This document shows positions 50,370 to 63,060 of a stretch of DNA of 64,000 bases, in pieces. A program made the translations under genes and the position numbers. Under the pieces are notes generated by a model. The model was given only the letters and a program-made list of their open reading frames with translations, searched no databases and was not told where the DNA came from. Every line of letters starts with the position of its first letter. Position 1 is the first letter of the stretch. Origin of the DNA: Squalus acanthias (Eukaryota); NCBI GenBank assembly GCA_030390025.1, contig CM059426.1, positions 110,112,001-110,176,000 on the forward strand. The letters are read 5' to 3'.

Positions 50370-52041
50370 TCAGCAGAGGGCATGGCTGAGGTACTAAATG
50401 AGTACTTTGCATCTTTCTTCACTAGAGAAGAGGATGCTGCCAAAGTAGCAGTAAAGGAGGAAATGTTGGATAGGATAAAAATAGATAAAGAGGAAGTACT
50501 TAAAAGGTTGGCTGTACTCAGTAAATTCAAAAAGTCACCCGGTCGGATGGGGTGCATCCTAGATTACCTAGATTATGTGTGGAAATTGCAGAGACTCTGG
50601 AGGATAGCATATGTTACACCCCTGTTCAAAAAAGGGGAGAAGGATAAACCCGGCAACTATAGGCCAGTTAGCCTAATGTACGTGGTGGGAAAACTTTTAG
50701 AGATAATAATCTGGGCAAAATTAATTGCCACTTAGTAGTATGGGCTAATTAATGAAAGTCAGCACGGATTTGTTAAAAGCAAATCGTATTTGACTAACTT
50801 GAGTTCTTTAATGAAGTAATGGAGAGGGTTGATGAGAGTAGTACAGTTGATGTGTATATGGACTTTCAAAAGGCATTTGACAAAGTACCCCATAATAGAC
50901 TTGTAAACAAAATTAAATGGGATTAAAGGGACAGTGGCAGCGTGGATACAAAATTGGCTAAGGGACAGAAAGCAGAGAGTAGTGGTGAACGGTTATTTTT
51001 CACACTGGAGGGAAGTATACAGTGCTGTTCCCCAGGGGTCGGTATAAGGACCACTGCTCTTTTTGATATACAGTATATTAATGATCTGAACTTGGGTGTA
51101 CAGGACATAATTTCAAAGTTTGCAGATGACATGGAACTCAGAAATGTAGTAACAAATGAGGAGGATAGTAACAGACTTGTGAAATGGGCAGACACATGGC
51201 AGATGAATTTAATATGCGGAGATGCCGGTGTTGGACTGGAGTGGACAAAATTGAGAGGTCGCACAACACCAGGTTATAGTCCAACAGTTTTATTTGAAAT
51301 CACAAGCTTTCGGAGCTTACTACTCCTTCGTCGGGTGAAGTAAAAAGATACAGAATCGCCAAAGCATATATAGATAGAGAACAATGCATGTGTACCTTAC
51401 AATTGCAGACAACTAAATTAAATCATCCTGACTATCTGCCGAGGTGTGATAAAGTTAATCAGGTCAGCCAGGAAGATGAATTTAATGCAGAGAAGTGTGA
51501 AGTTTGATACATTTTGGTAGGAAAAATGAGGAGAGGCAATATAAACTAAATATTAAACCTTTACTAAGCTTTGGTTAGGCCTCAGCTGGAGTATTGTGTC
51601 TAATTTTGGACAGCACATTTTAGGAAGGATTTCAAGGCCTTAGAGTGGGTGCAGAAGAGATTTACTGGAATGGTACCAGGGATGAGGGATTTCAGTGATG
51701 TGGAGAGACTGAAGAACCTGGTTCTCATTAGAGCAGAGAAGGTTAAGAGGAGATTTGATAGAGGTGTTCAAAATCATGAACAGTTTTGATAGAGTAAATA
51801 AGTGGCAGAAGGCTAGGTAATCAGAGGACACAGATTTGAGGTGATGGGCAAAAGAACTAGAGGTGACATGAGCTTCAATAATAACTTTCAAAAAGGAATT
51901 GGATAAATACTTGAAGTGAAACAAATTAAAGGGCTATGGGGAAAGGGCAGGGGAGGTGGGACTAATTAGATAGCCCAAAGAGCTGGAACAGGCACAATGG
52001 GCTGAATGGCCTCCTTCTGTGCTGTATGATTCTATGATTCT
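50370..52041 (+). mobile_element. Degraded CR1 LINE
   Basis: NYRPVSL, KFADD; tail tatgattctatgattcta; interrupted at 51214-51473. Confidence 0.88.
51214..51473 (-). mobile_element. PLE family B tail insertion (260 bp) with mutated HHR (51300-51338, core CCGACGA)
   Basis: TSD agatgaatttaat (51201-51213, 51474-51486); first ~125 bp homologous to 33237-33361. Confidence 0.85.
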
Positions 52042-52520
52042 ATAAATGGGATGAGTAACGAGATCAAAATTGCAAAAAAAAAAACTCCGGCCATCTTCCC
52101 ACCCATTGCCAATTTAGGTCAGGCCTCAAAATAAGTGGTTCGAGTTCCTGTTGTAAATAGGCAGGAGTGTCATTACTGTATGCAAACCGTGGTCCTAATA
52201 CATAGATAGGACCCAGATACCATTTGCATCAGTAAAGAGGCTGGCACAATGCGGAGCACAGCCAAAGCAACTTCCCTTAAAAGGATTGCTGGAATCCGCT
52301 CACAAAACAGTTGCTGGATGATTTGTGGAACAATTTCTGGGGCCAGGATGAGCATATTGCTTTTTCTGCTACTCCACAAGAGTGCTCCCGACCATTGCCT
52401 TACATGTTGCCTTCCTCCCTGATCAGCCTAGTCCTCCTCTTGAAGGGTCCTCTGCCGTTTCGACTCTGTAGATGAGCCACCAGGTTTTCCACGGCCCCCA
52501 TTCGGTGAGCTATCTAACAG

Positions 52521-52643
52521 AATAGCAAAATACTGCGGATGCTGGAAATCTGAAATAACAACAGAAAATGCTGAAAATGCTCAGCAGGCCAGGCAGCATC
52601 TGTGGAGAGAGAAACAGAGTTAACGTTTCCGGTCTGTTATTTC
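52521..52643 (-). mobile_element. PLE family A tail mini-insertion (3' half of the HHR only)
   Basis: Homologous to 2736-2846; TSD agcta(t/c)ctaacag (52508-52520, 52644-52656); ends with short inverted piece tgttatttcag. Confidence 0.78.
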
Positions 52644-53661
52644 AGCTACCTAACAGTGCTCGTTTGGATCTGGCAGCTTTGCTCTTTCATTGCAATGAGT
52701 TCTGACCCTGAAGCTGACGTTGAGCTTGCTCCGTCCACTGCCTGCCGGTTGTATTCTCCACATCAACATTGCTCCCTCATGTTGTTATGGTTTATTTTTC
52801 AAAATAAAGTATTGATGCCTTACTCTTGGTGTGCCCCATCCTCACGGAATGACTGGGAGTTTCCCGGAATTGGGTGTTCCTATCCCAAGCACTGCCTCCA
52901 GCAGCCCAAAAGATCAGCGATTTAAATTTCCCACCACAGTGCACCCACATGAAGAACAGACACTTATGTGAGGCACTGTAAATAATTGTACTGTAAATAA
53001 TTATTAATTGTTAGCCTGTCATCTGGAGTCAGAACAAGGTTAAACTGCATTAATTTTAAACAGAATCATTTTGCAGCCTGTTCCACGGAGCTGCTACTCA
53101 GCGCTGTCACCGTGACTGGTTGGAGGGGAGGGGCGATAGTCGGGAATCGTAGGAGCTCTGAAATTGGGGGGAGGCTCGTGAGTTGGGGTGAGGGGAGAGG
53201 GATTGGGGACTTGGAGAGAGGGATGGAGACTGTGGAATGGCGGCTGGTGGAGCGAGGGAGACAGGGATGGGGGATCGGGATGGGAGGTCAGGATGGGAGG
53301 TCGTGGAGACAAGGGAACTGGGGGGGTTGGGGGATTGGAGCTCAAGCGGGAGTGTGGGGGGAGAATGGGGTGGGGATCAGCATTTCCTGCAGAGCCAGGA
53401 GTAGCAGCAGCAGCAAGGTGGTGAGTGGGAGCGGCACTGAGGGAGGAGCAGCTGGTAAAGGGGTGAGTGAAACCCAGTGACCTTACTGTGGTTAAATAGT
53501 GAAAGATTGTTTTCATTGGTGGGCGAATGGGGAACTGGGGAAAGGAAACCAAGGATTCTCACTGGAAGAACTAAGGGAGAGAGGAGGAGGAAGGTTCTTG
53601 CACTGAGGGCCATTAGACTATGGGATCCTTCATGACAAGTGGCTATTGAGGTAGAGAGTAA

Positions 53662-53811
53662 AGCCTAAAATATTCTCGGGCGGTGGCGTGAAAGGGGCGG
53701 TATCGGATCGGCCACCCGTTATACGCAGCACCTAATATTCAGTTCCATTGACTGCAATATCGGATCTGATACCGCCCGTTTTGCACCACCGCCCGAGATG
53801 AATTTCTAGCC
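53662..53811. mobile_element. Small hairpin MITE inside a CR1 3' fragment
   Basis: ~35-bp inverted arms ctcgggcggtggcgtgaaaggggcggtatcggatc / gatctgataccgcccgttttgcaccaccgcccgag. Confidence 0.7.
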
Positions 53812-54282
53812 CTCTAACTTAATTTAAAAGGAAAGGGGATCAATATCTGAACAGGAGGAATATAAAAGGATCGGGGTGGGGTGGGGGGGGGGTGGAATGG
53901 GGTTACAGAAGAGCACCAGAGTACAGAACCAGCACCAGAGGCCGAATGGCTTCCTCCTGAGCCCAGGAGTGGTTTAGAAATGTTGGTGCTGAGCCGAGTT
54001 TAGGACGATGTCCCCTGTGAGAAGAGCCCCAAACACTGAGCCTGCTGCCCTTTGTGCAATTACTCGGTCTGGTTCAGGTCGGTCTGCACTGGCCGGTTTT
54101 GACATGTGAAGTCTAGGTACAGGTTACCTTTGACTGAGGCTCCCCATTCAGAGTTGTTACCTTCACACAGAACCAGAGTCCAAAGAGATAGGGAGAGAGA
54201 TGAGGCCTATTAAAAGTGGCATTAACTGGGGAGCCTGACCTTGTGCAGTAGAGGTGATTTCTGGCGATGGTTTCAGGGTAAA

Positions 54283-54472
54283 TATCAGTGGTTTATAGGA
54301 TTACTACTAGTTACAGGTAGGATAACAGGGTGTTACACCTATTACTACCAGTTACATATAGACTATCAGTGAGTTATTGTATTACTGTTGGTTATGAGGG
54401 AAATCTGAGTGTTACCAGTATTACTAATAGTTATCAGTGCAATTTCAGTGAGTTACCCTTAGTTACTGATGG
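54283..54472. repeat. Decayed ~40-bp tandem repeat, ~5 units
   Basis: Recurring tcagtgagtta...tattacta..agtta motif at ~40-bp period. Confidence 0.6.
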
Positions 54473-54802
54473 GATCTAATTACTGGTGGAATCAAAGTTC
54501 CTTCCACCTCTGATTTCTCCATTCTACATGGCTTCCCTACCCTCAGTTTCCCTTCTTCGCCTTGCCTGCTCACATGTGGACTCCTGGTTCTTGGAACATC
54601 TCGCACAACAGCTGCTAGTGCGAAACCACAAGCAAAGATATTGAACTACAAGGCACCCAACCTTTATAAGGTAAATGCAATAACATTTATAGAAGTCATG
54701 TGATTGGATGCCATGTGACCATGTCACGTGGGCAGATGACATGTGGTCAGAATATCAGGTGATTGAACCTCCAAACAGAGTTGGCAACCTACTTACGCTG
54801 CA

Positions 54803-55260
54803 TTGATGGAGTCCGTGTTCCACGTTTACATGGAATGTGAGAGGTTGCAGCCCCTCTTCCATTATTTGAAGGGGCTGTTCCTCGATTTTTGGCTGCACTT
54901 CAGTCCCACGCTCCTGATCTTTGGTCACCCGGTGCGGAGGGGAGCGGGCAGATCAAAGGACCTCCTCGTAGGACTGCACCTGGGCCTGGCCAAAGTGGCC
55001 ATTAACTGGTCCAGGCAGCGGGCGGTCGAGGGGGTCGTTCGGCCCGACTGCCTGCCTCTCTTCAGCGGCCACGTTTGCGCCCGGGTGGCCCTGGAGATGG
55101 AGTACGCGGTGTCCGCCGGCAGGCTCGAGGCCTTCCACGACCGGTTGGCGCCGCAGGGACTGGAGTGTATCATCATCCCCAGGAACCAAATTTTTATTTA
55201 ATTTATTAAGTTTCATTTAAAGTTGTAAGTTAAGTTACAGTTTATTTGTTTTTGTGTGCC
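54803..55260 (+). mobile_element. Tx1/L1-clade non-LTR retrotransposon 3' end
   Basis: ESVFHVYMECERLQPLF...LLIFG...LGLAKVAINWSR resembles the Tx1 ORF2 C-terminal zinc-binding region; AT-rich 3' UTR follows. Confidence 0.72.
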
Positions 55261-57449
55261 CCAAAAGAGTACACTGCATTGGTATTAGTTCTCAGCTGTT
55301 GCCATTGGCTTCAACGGTCAGCAGAGTTTTTCAGCAGGGGAAAGCCAGTGACTTGAGTGTTACCCTTTCATAATCAGTAATAAGTCAGTCAAACACTAAT
55401 AAATTGGCATAACCATAAACGTTGTAACCGGGGATACGCTGAAGCTCAGAACAGGGAAGATAATGGGGTAATTTAGATTTAATTATTTCACACATGGAGG
55501 TCGATTTTGACTTTTGAGATACCAACTGGCAGAGCGCGCCAGCTGATCGCTCATACCCGGGTGAAGAGGCGGCCACGATTTTGAAGCACCGGCTTCATTT
55601 ACATGGAGCCAGCGAGCTGTGAGGCATCAAATGGGCGTCCTGATGCAACTTGCTGGATTAAGGCTGGCCAGTATCGGCCCACCTCAGCTGTCATCTAGGT
55701 AAGTTTAGGGGGAAGTCATGATCGCAGAGCTGAGGTTCCTGGGGTGGCAGCAGCCCAGATTATTTTTGTAGGGCTCGGAGGAACACACCTGTTCCTCCAG
55801 GCCCCACAAAAATAATATTGAACATATCTTGGCTAGGCCTCTTTGACTCTATCACCCGTGGGAATGATCGGAGCCTTAAATGGCAATGGAGTCCTGGGAT
55901 CCTGAATTCCATATTGAAATGGAACTACCACCTAAAACAGGCACATGCTTTGGTTGCCCTGTGGTAGGCCCCTTTCAAAATGGTGGCGGCTGCATCGTCG
56001 GTGTTAATGGGGCGGTAAGGCTACTGACTCCATTTTATGGTCATTGCCACCCTGTTAATGCACGGCAAAACAAGTTAAAATCGGCCCCACAGGGTGATGA
56101 AGCTGAGGAACAGAATGCTCAGGCAGATAGCAGCGGCGAATACTGTCAGCAAATTGAAGAAAAACCTCGATACTTATCTTGACTGGATATTTTGTAGTGT
56201 TTTTTGAACTTTGGGACTAGCTAGTTGGCAATGGTCATTTTCTATTCCTATAATTGGTGGTGTTCAAAATTGAAAAGGCACACTGTTGGGGTAGAGTAGA
56301 GGGGACTTTACAACTGGTCATAATACACTTAACTTAGAAGTGCTTAATGCTGGCATTGGATACCCGAGAAGGGAAATATGTTCCATTCCCCAGCACTAAA
56401 GTTGATAGGAAATAAATGATTATCCTCATTTTGTGTACCATTAGGTAGCTCCAGTATTGGGCCACCTATACTGTATGGCTCTTCACATATTAGAGCCTGT
56501 GTTTGTGATATGCCATCTGCAGGTTACTCTGAAAGCTACAATCCCAGCTCAAGCCTGAGAACAGTGCTGCAGATACAGCTGTGCTGCAGTCTTATTTCAG
56601 TGAGTTTCTCTTCCAACGTGGGTTTCAGTGTAGTCTGGCCACAGTGTGGCGCCAAAGCTCATGCCATTTCAGGACATCTCAAACGCTTTGGTTTAAATAA
56701 GAGAAACCATTTTTAATAAGTAGTTTATGATGCGAATCAAAATATAATGAGGTAGGATTTTCATTTTACAGCTAATAAATTTTATTTCACTATTCATGCT
56801 TATGGCATTGTGTACATATAGGACTCTTGGGACTATCTCAAATAATCTTGCTTCTTCCAAAAGGCTGAATTTTAAAAAAACATTGAAAATAATGAGAACA
56901 TCATTCAGTGATTTTATACGAACCGATATTTCCCTGCAGTGAAATAAATCCTAATATCACTACTTTTCAAGTCACATGGTTCTGGAGCCAATCGTTTGTA
57001 ATGAACTGCCCACCAGCAAAACGAACTAAGTTAGGCTAGAATGTGGAACTTGCTAAGACAGGTAGTGGTTGAGGCAAATAGCTTAGATGCTTTCAAAAGT
57101 AAACCAGATGAGTACCTGAGAGAAAAGGGAACAGAAAGATATGCTGAAAGGCTGAGATAAGGTAGATGGAATGTGAGGAGACTCGTGTGCAGCATAAACA
57201 CCAGCACAGACTAGTTGGGCCGAATGGCCTGTTTCTGTGCTGTTAATTCCATGTAATTATATGTAACTATTTTTCTTTGTTTTCTTTTTATTAGAGGTGA
57301 TCTGATAGAAGGCTCAACATTATGAAGGGTTTTCATAAGGTAATTAGGGCATAATAATTTTCATTGGTCAACCAGAGGGCATAAATTTAAGGGCTTGGAG
57401 TTTCCGCTCGATTGCGCTGTTTTTTCGGCGCAATTCTCCCGATTGGAAG

Positions 57450-58003
57450 ATAAGAACATAAGAAATAGGAGCAGGAGTAGACCATACGGCCTCTCGAGCC
57501 TGCTCCGCCATTCAATAAGATCATGGCTGATCATCGATCTCAACTCCACTTTCCCGCCCAATCTCCATATCCCTTGATTCCCCTAGAGTCCAAAAATCTA
57601 TCTATCGCAGCCTTGAATATACTCAAAGACTCAGCATGCACAGCCCTCTGGAGCAGAGAATTCCAAAGATTCACAACCCTCTGAGTGAAGAAATTCCTCC
57701 TCATCTCAGTCTTAAATGGTCTACCCCTTATCCTGAGACTATTCTAGTTCTAGACACTCCAGCCAGGGGAAACAACCTCTCAGCATCTACCCTGTCAATC
57801 CCCTTCAGAATCCTGTTTGTTTCAATGAGATCACCTCTCATTCTTCTAAACTCCAGAGAGTACAGGCCCATTCTACACAATCTCTCATCATAGGACAGCC
57901 CTCTCATCCCAGGAATCAATCTAGTGAACCTTCGTTGTACCGCCTCCAAGGCAAGTATATCCTTCGTATGGCCTACTCCTGCTCTTATTTCTTATGTTCT
58001 TAT
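57450..58003 (-). mobile_element. CR1 3' fragment capped by an inverted copy of its own tail
   Basis: CR1 RT C-terminus (57728-57949); 39-bp inverted repeat 57450-57488 / 57965-58003. Confidence 0.88.
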
Positions 58004-58259
58004 TTCAAGGGGCAACACGTGACTTCTGCCAGGTTAGTCAATTAGTTGTTCACTATTGCATTAGGCAAGTAATAAATATGCTTGTCAGAGCAGCCCAGTT
58101 CATTACACTTGATGGAAGATCACGACAAATGAGTGAGTGGGCCATTAATTTTTATCGGGTAACTGATTTCTACAAATGCTTGCAGCAATAGATTACATTT
58201 ATGTGAGTCTCTAGTTTGAGGGTTCAGTGTCTCTGATTTTGTCTTCTCTTCAACAATTT

Positions 58260-58700
58260 CTACTATCAATCCACACCATTATGTGAACCAAAAAGGATTT
58301 CACTCCCTTAATGTCCAATTAGTGTGCAACTATAGGCCAGTATGCAGCCATGATTCATTTATGCTTTGACAGTCCAGTGTCCCTACACTCTTTTAGAATG
58401 AAGGGCAGGGTGCTGTCTGGCTTCTTGTGGACAAGGGGTATCCAACACTACCATGGCTTCTAATGTCATTGTGAAGGATCATTAGTAAAGCAGAGGAACA
58501 CTACAATAAGGCTCACATCCACACTCAAATCAAAATTGAACTGGCCATTGGCATGTGGAAGAGACAATTTAGGTGCCTAGATAGGTCCCGGGGGCTCCCT
58601 CAAGTATTCTCAGTGTTGTCTTGTGATTTGGGGTGGCCTGCTGTGTTCTCCACAATTTCACTCTTCAGATAGGCTTGGAAATTGAAATTCCTGAGGAGGA
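58260..58700 (+). pseudogene. Old Harbinger transposase remnant
   Basis: [36 protein letters not shown]...IELAIGMWKRQFRCLD, ACCVLHN. Confidence 0.8.
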
Positions 58701-59629
58701 GACTGAGTCAGAAGCTGAACCCCTGAGACAGAGGAAGTTGGACATGCAGAAGACACAGTAAGGTCACAGATAGCTTTTGGGTGAGAGCTGTGGGGAAAAA
58801 AAACTCATCAGAGAAATGTTCAGTGATGTCTCATCATATTATAGCTGTAAAACATCTGTAATAACCAGGAAGTTGCACATAACTTATATCTACTACCCTT
58901 CTGAGCAATCCATGCATCATCAGAAGTAATACTCCCAGGAGGGTCCCAAGTCCACAAAAATCTTTTTTCCAATTCAGTGTAACTTTATATTTCCATTTAA
59001 AAAAAATCATACATAGATTTCCAACAAATATATAAGGTTTCTGAGGAACTTTACAACTAAAAGCCACTGGACTTTGTGTGATAGTGTAAAATGGGTGATA
59101 ATGAGTCGGCAGTCCATTTTACATCTCTCCTGATTTTTATATCCATTGGCTTCAATGGGGACCTGGGACCTATCTAGGCACCTTGATTACAAAGTCAAAA
59201 AAACCCACTTAGTTTTACCACTGTGCACTCCCCTTGTGACATTTCTTGTTTTCATTCATCCGTTTCTAGCACTACTAAGTGCCGCCTGAGGGCTTGGTGT
59301 CTGAAATGTGGACAGCTGCTCTAGATAATGATGAGACTCTTGGTATGGAGGTGGCACTCCTCTCCGGGCCGCTGAGTCCTAAGGCCCTCAGGTGATACTT
59401 AGAAGAAGTACTAGATTGGACCCGCAGCAGACTGCTTCTCTCGGTTTCGAATTTCTACAACCTTGACCTGCTGACCTTCTTTCTCCTGTGAAGGCATCTG
59501 AGTGATTTGAACAGAGAGCTTTCTGGTGCTGCTGTGTTGAGGGTAGGCAGAATCTTCAGAGACCTCTCCTGCCCTCGCACTAGGCACAGGGTCAGGATAT
59601 TAATTGGCACTGATTTGCAGGAAAACAGA

Positions 59630-60260
59630 CTTTATGGAATTACTCAGGGCCACAACTTCAACGCATCCACCTTCAACTGCTTCATCAATGACCTTCCCTC
59701 TGTCATAAGAGCAAGAATGGGGCTGTTCCTTGACTATTCCACAGTGTCCAGCTTCATTCACAACTCCTCTGATAATGAAGTAGCCCATACCAGCCTACTG
59801 TAGAACCTGGACAACATCCAGGCTTGAGCTGACAAGTGCCAGGTGATGACCATTTCAAAGAAGTAAAGGCCTAACCATCTGCGCTGACCTTGAACAGCGC
59901 CACAATTGCCAGGTTCCCCAGCATCAATATCTTGGGAGTCACCATTGACCAGAAGCTGAACTGGACAAGCCACATCCACACTAGAGCAAGCCAAAGGCTG
60001 GGTACTCTGTGATGAGTGTCTCACTTCCTGACCCCTCAAGTCTCCACTATCTACAAGTCTCATTTCACAACTGTGATCGAATACTTACCTAACACTACCC
60101 TACCTAATGGCACCCTGCCTAACACCACCGTGGGAGCACCAGCTGCACAAGAACTGCAACAGTTCCAAGAGAAAGCCCACCACCACCTTCTCAGGAGCAA
60201 GTAAAGATGGGCAATAAATGTGGCCTTGCCCACATCCTAAGAACAAGTATTTAAAAAAAT
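59630..60260 (+). mobile_element. Degraded second-family CR1-like RT/3' end
   Basis: FNCFINDLPSVIR; ttgggagtcaccattgaccagaagctgaactgg; tail cccacatcc. Confidence 0.7.
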
Positions 60261-61792
60261 CTAATATCCCATAATCCCTGAGATTAAATATAATGAATAT
60301 CCTGTAAAACCTCTGAGATGGTGTCCTGGAGATTTCAGAATTTACTAGATATTCTCTGTTTTTAATTCATCCTCAGGATGTGGGCCTCGCTGGGAAGGTT
60401 GGCATTTATTGTCCATTCCTAGTTGCCCTGATTGACTTGCTATATAAATACAAGTTGTTGTTGTTGTTTTTGCTAGGCCACTTCAGAGGGCAGTTAAGAG
60501 CCAACCACGTTGGTTTGGAACTGGAGTCACATATAGGCCAGACCAGAGAAGGACAGCAGGTTTCCTTCGCTAAAGGACATTGGTGAACCAGTTGGGTTTT
60601 GAAGAAAGTCCGATAGCCATGTTCCACTCAGCAATATTAAAAAGAGCTGATTCGACTGACCTCATGATTTCTGGTGAGGTCAGCGTCTGGGCCATTGGAT
60701 GGGTGGAAGACCCACACTACCACACGTCCAGTGGTGGATGGCAGGTCTTGGAATAACAGAACCCCAAAGTCTTTGCTTTCTCCATGATGCCTGACAGATT
60801 TATCACCATTGATTGAATATCTGCTTTAAATTCACCAATTTGAGTTTATGACCTCTGGTCCTACTAGTCTGACTTATTTTAAAGTAACATTCTAGGTTTA
60901 CATTCCCTTTATGATTTAATATTTTATACACCTCAATGATTCCCCCTTTTCCCTTTATATTTGAATTCATTCTTGTTGCTCTTTCTGCCCCCATTCCAAT
61001 GTAGGTGCATCTTTTTTGTAGTATAGTGGTCTAAATTGAATTCCAACACTCTATTGTTTCAAAAGCGTTAAATAAAAATTCCCGGTCACCTTTAACCACT
61101 CACCTGAGGGCCGCTGCTGACATCGCAATGGCCCGATCTTCCATTCATCTTCACCGGCGAGCTGCCTGGGCACAACCATTAGGTGACCGCAGCTCACCGG
61201 CTCGATGAATGTAAGGCCCAAGGCTCAATATTGGGTGTGCCTCGGGCCTCACCATTCAGGCATGGGGATAGATCAGGGAAGGTGTGCTTGAATTTGTAGG
61301 CCTTTTTCCTCATATGCAAAGCATTGAGAGTTTCATATAAGTTTGTGGGAAAATGCATTATGTTAAATGAACTCCACTAACAGGCCTTGTTCTCTTCAAA
61401 GCCTATACTGTATTATGTGTTCTATTATATTTTGGCTGTAACTATTTGTAACACCAAAGTTCTGATTGGTTCCCTTGGAGGACAAGACCAGATTTCTGAT
61501 TGGTACCCTTGGAGGACAAGACACACCCAGCAGTTTGTCTGGAATGTGTAATTAGATCCTGCCTGCTGGAGTAATCAAGTACTTTGCAATGTGATCCATT
61601 CATTGTGACAGCCAGGCTCCAAAGCTCAACATTGCTAACACTATTGCTTTCAGAGAACAGGCAGGGCTCACTCTCCCGGGTTAGGAGTACTCATACTGCC
61701 AAGTTCAGATAGGAAGGGATAAAGCATTGGAGGGATTTTAACATGAGGATGAGAATGTTAACATCAAGATGTTGGTGGACAATGTTCCCCCT

Positions 61793-61980
61793 AATACAAA
61801 AGCAAAATACTGCAGATGCTGGAAATCTGAAATAAAAACAGAAAATGCTGGAAACACTCAGCAGGTCAGGCAGCATCTGTGGAGAGAGAAACAGAGTTAA
61901 TGTTTCAGTACGATGACCCTTCATCAGAATAGTTCCTGAGTACTGAGTATTTCCAGCACTTTCTGTTTTTATTTCAGATT
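61793..61980 (-). mobile_element. PLE family A mini element with inverted ends and degenerate HHR (61895-61930)
   Basis: Homologous to 2736-2866; last ~38 bp are the reverse complement of ~61823-61860. Confidence 0.8.
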
Positions 61981-62544
61981 TTTGTTTGGGTGCGTGGTCC
62001 CTTTAAATGGGCTGCGCGGGACTTCCAGACAGCTGCGCGGCCACGCAGCTTAGCGAGCACAGGGGTGGTGGGTGAATGGGACTAGCTGCGTGTTTGGATA
62101 CGTGCAACAGAGTTTTGGATGAACTCAAGTTCATTGAGGGTGGAAGATGGGAGGCTGGCAAGGAGAACATTGGAATAGTCGAGTCCGGCAAATAACTCAT
62201 AAATGTAATGTATTGTATGTTGTAGAACCAAGACAGAATACACTCTCAGTTTTTAAAATTAATTTATTTATTGCCCATCCCTAGTTACCCTTGAGAGGAT
62301 GGTAGTGAGCTGCCTTCTTGAACTGCTGTGGCCTGGGGCGGGGGGGGGGGGGGGGGGGGGAGGAGAGGGAGAATGTGTTGCATGTGTAAAGGGGGTGGGG
62401 GTGGAAGATTGTGATCCAGGCCTAACAGAGGGCAGGAGAACATGATCTATCTTCCCATCTGGAACCCGTTCTTGCTCTCATTCCCCCCCCCCCTCCCCCT
62501 TTAGACCTGGATCATGTTCTTCCCCCCTCCCCACTGTTCTCACT

Positions 62545-63060
62545 TTGCTCCTCCCCAACAAGTTCGTGACCTTCTCTCCCCGAGCTCCTGACCTTCTCCC
62601 CCTCTCCGAGATCCACTCTCTGAGCTCCTCTCCCCCTCCCGATCTCCTGTCTCTCTCCCTCCCTCCAATCTCCCCTCCCTCTCTCTCCCCTCCAATCTCT
62701 TCTCTCTCTCCCCCTTCGATCGCCTCTCTCTCCCCCCTCCAATCTCTTCTCTCTCTCCCCCTTCGATCGCCTCTCTCTCCCCCTCCGATTCCCTTTCTCT
62801 CTGCCCCCTCCGATCTCCTCTCCCCCTCGGATCTCCTCTCTCTCTCTCTCCCCCTCCAATCTCGCTCTCTCCCCACTCTCCGATCTCCTCGCTCTCTCCC
62901 CACCCGCCGATCTCCTCCCTCTCTCTCCTGTTCTGATCTCCTCTCTCTCTCTCCCCCTTTGATCTCCTCACTCTTTCTCCCCCCTCCGATCTCCTCTCTC
63001 TCTCTCTCTCCCCCCTTCGATCCTCTCTCCTCCCCCCACCCCCGCCAGCCACCAACCCGA
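62545..63060. repeat. CT-rich low-complexity tandem array (cgatctc(ct)nccccc) inside a probable MITE
   Basis: Many recurrences of gatctc/aatctc followed by pyrimidine runs; the overlapping ORFs are low-complexity artefacts. Confidence 0.75.

Noticed and set aside
54283-54472. CRISPR-like repeat-spacer array
   Set aside because: Eukaryotic context, no identical repeats, no cas genes.
56523-56599. 77-nt candidate exon with gtgagt donor
   Set aside because: Weak acceptor, unrecognised peptide, and phase not compatible with the 45484 candidate.
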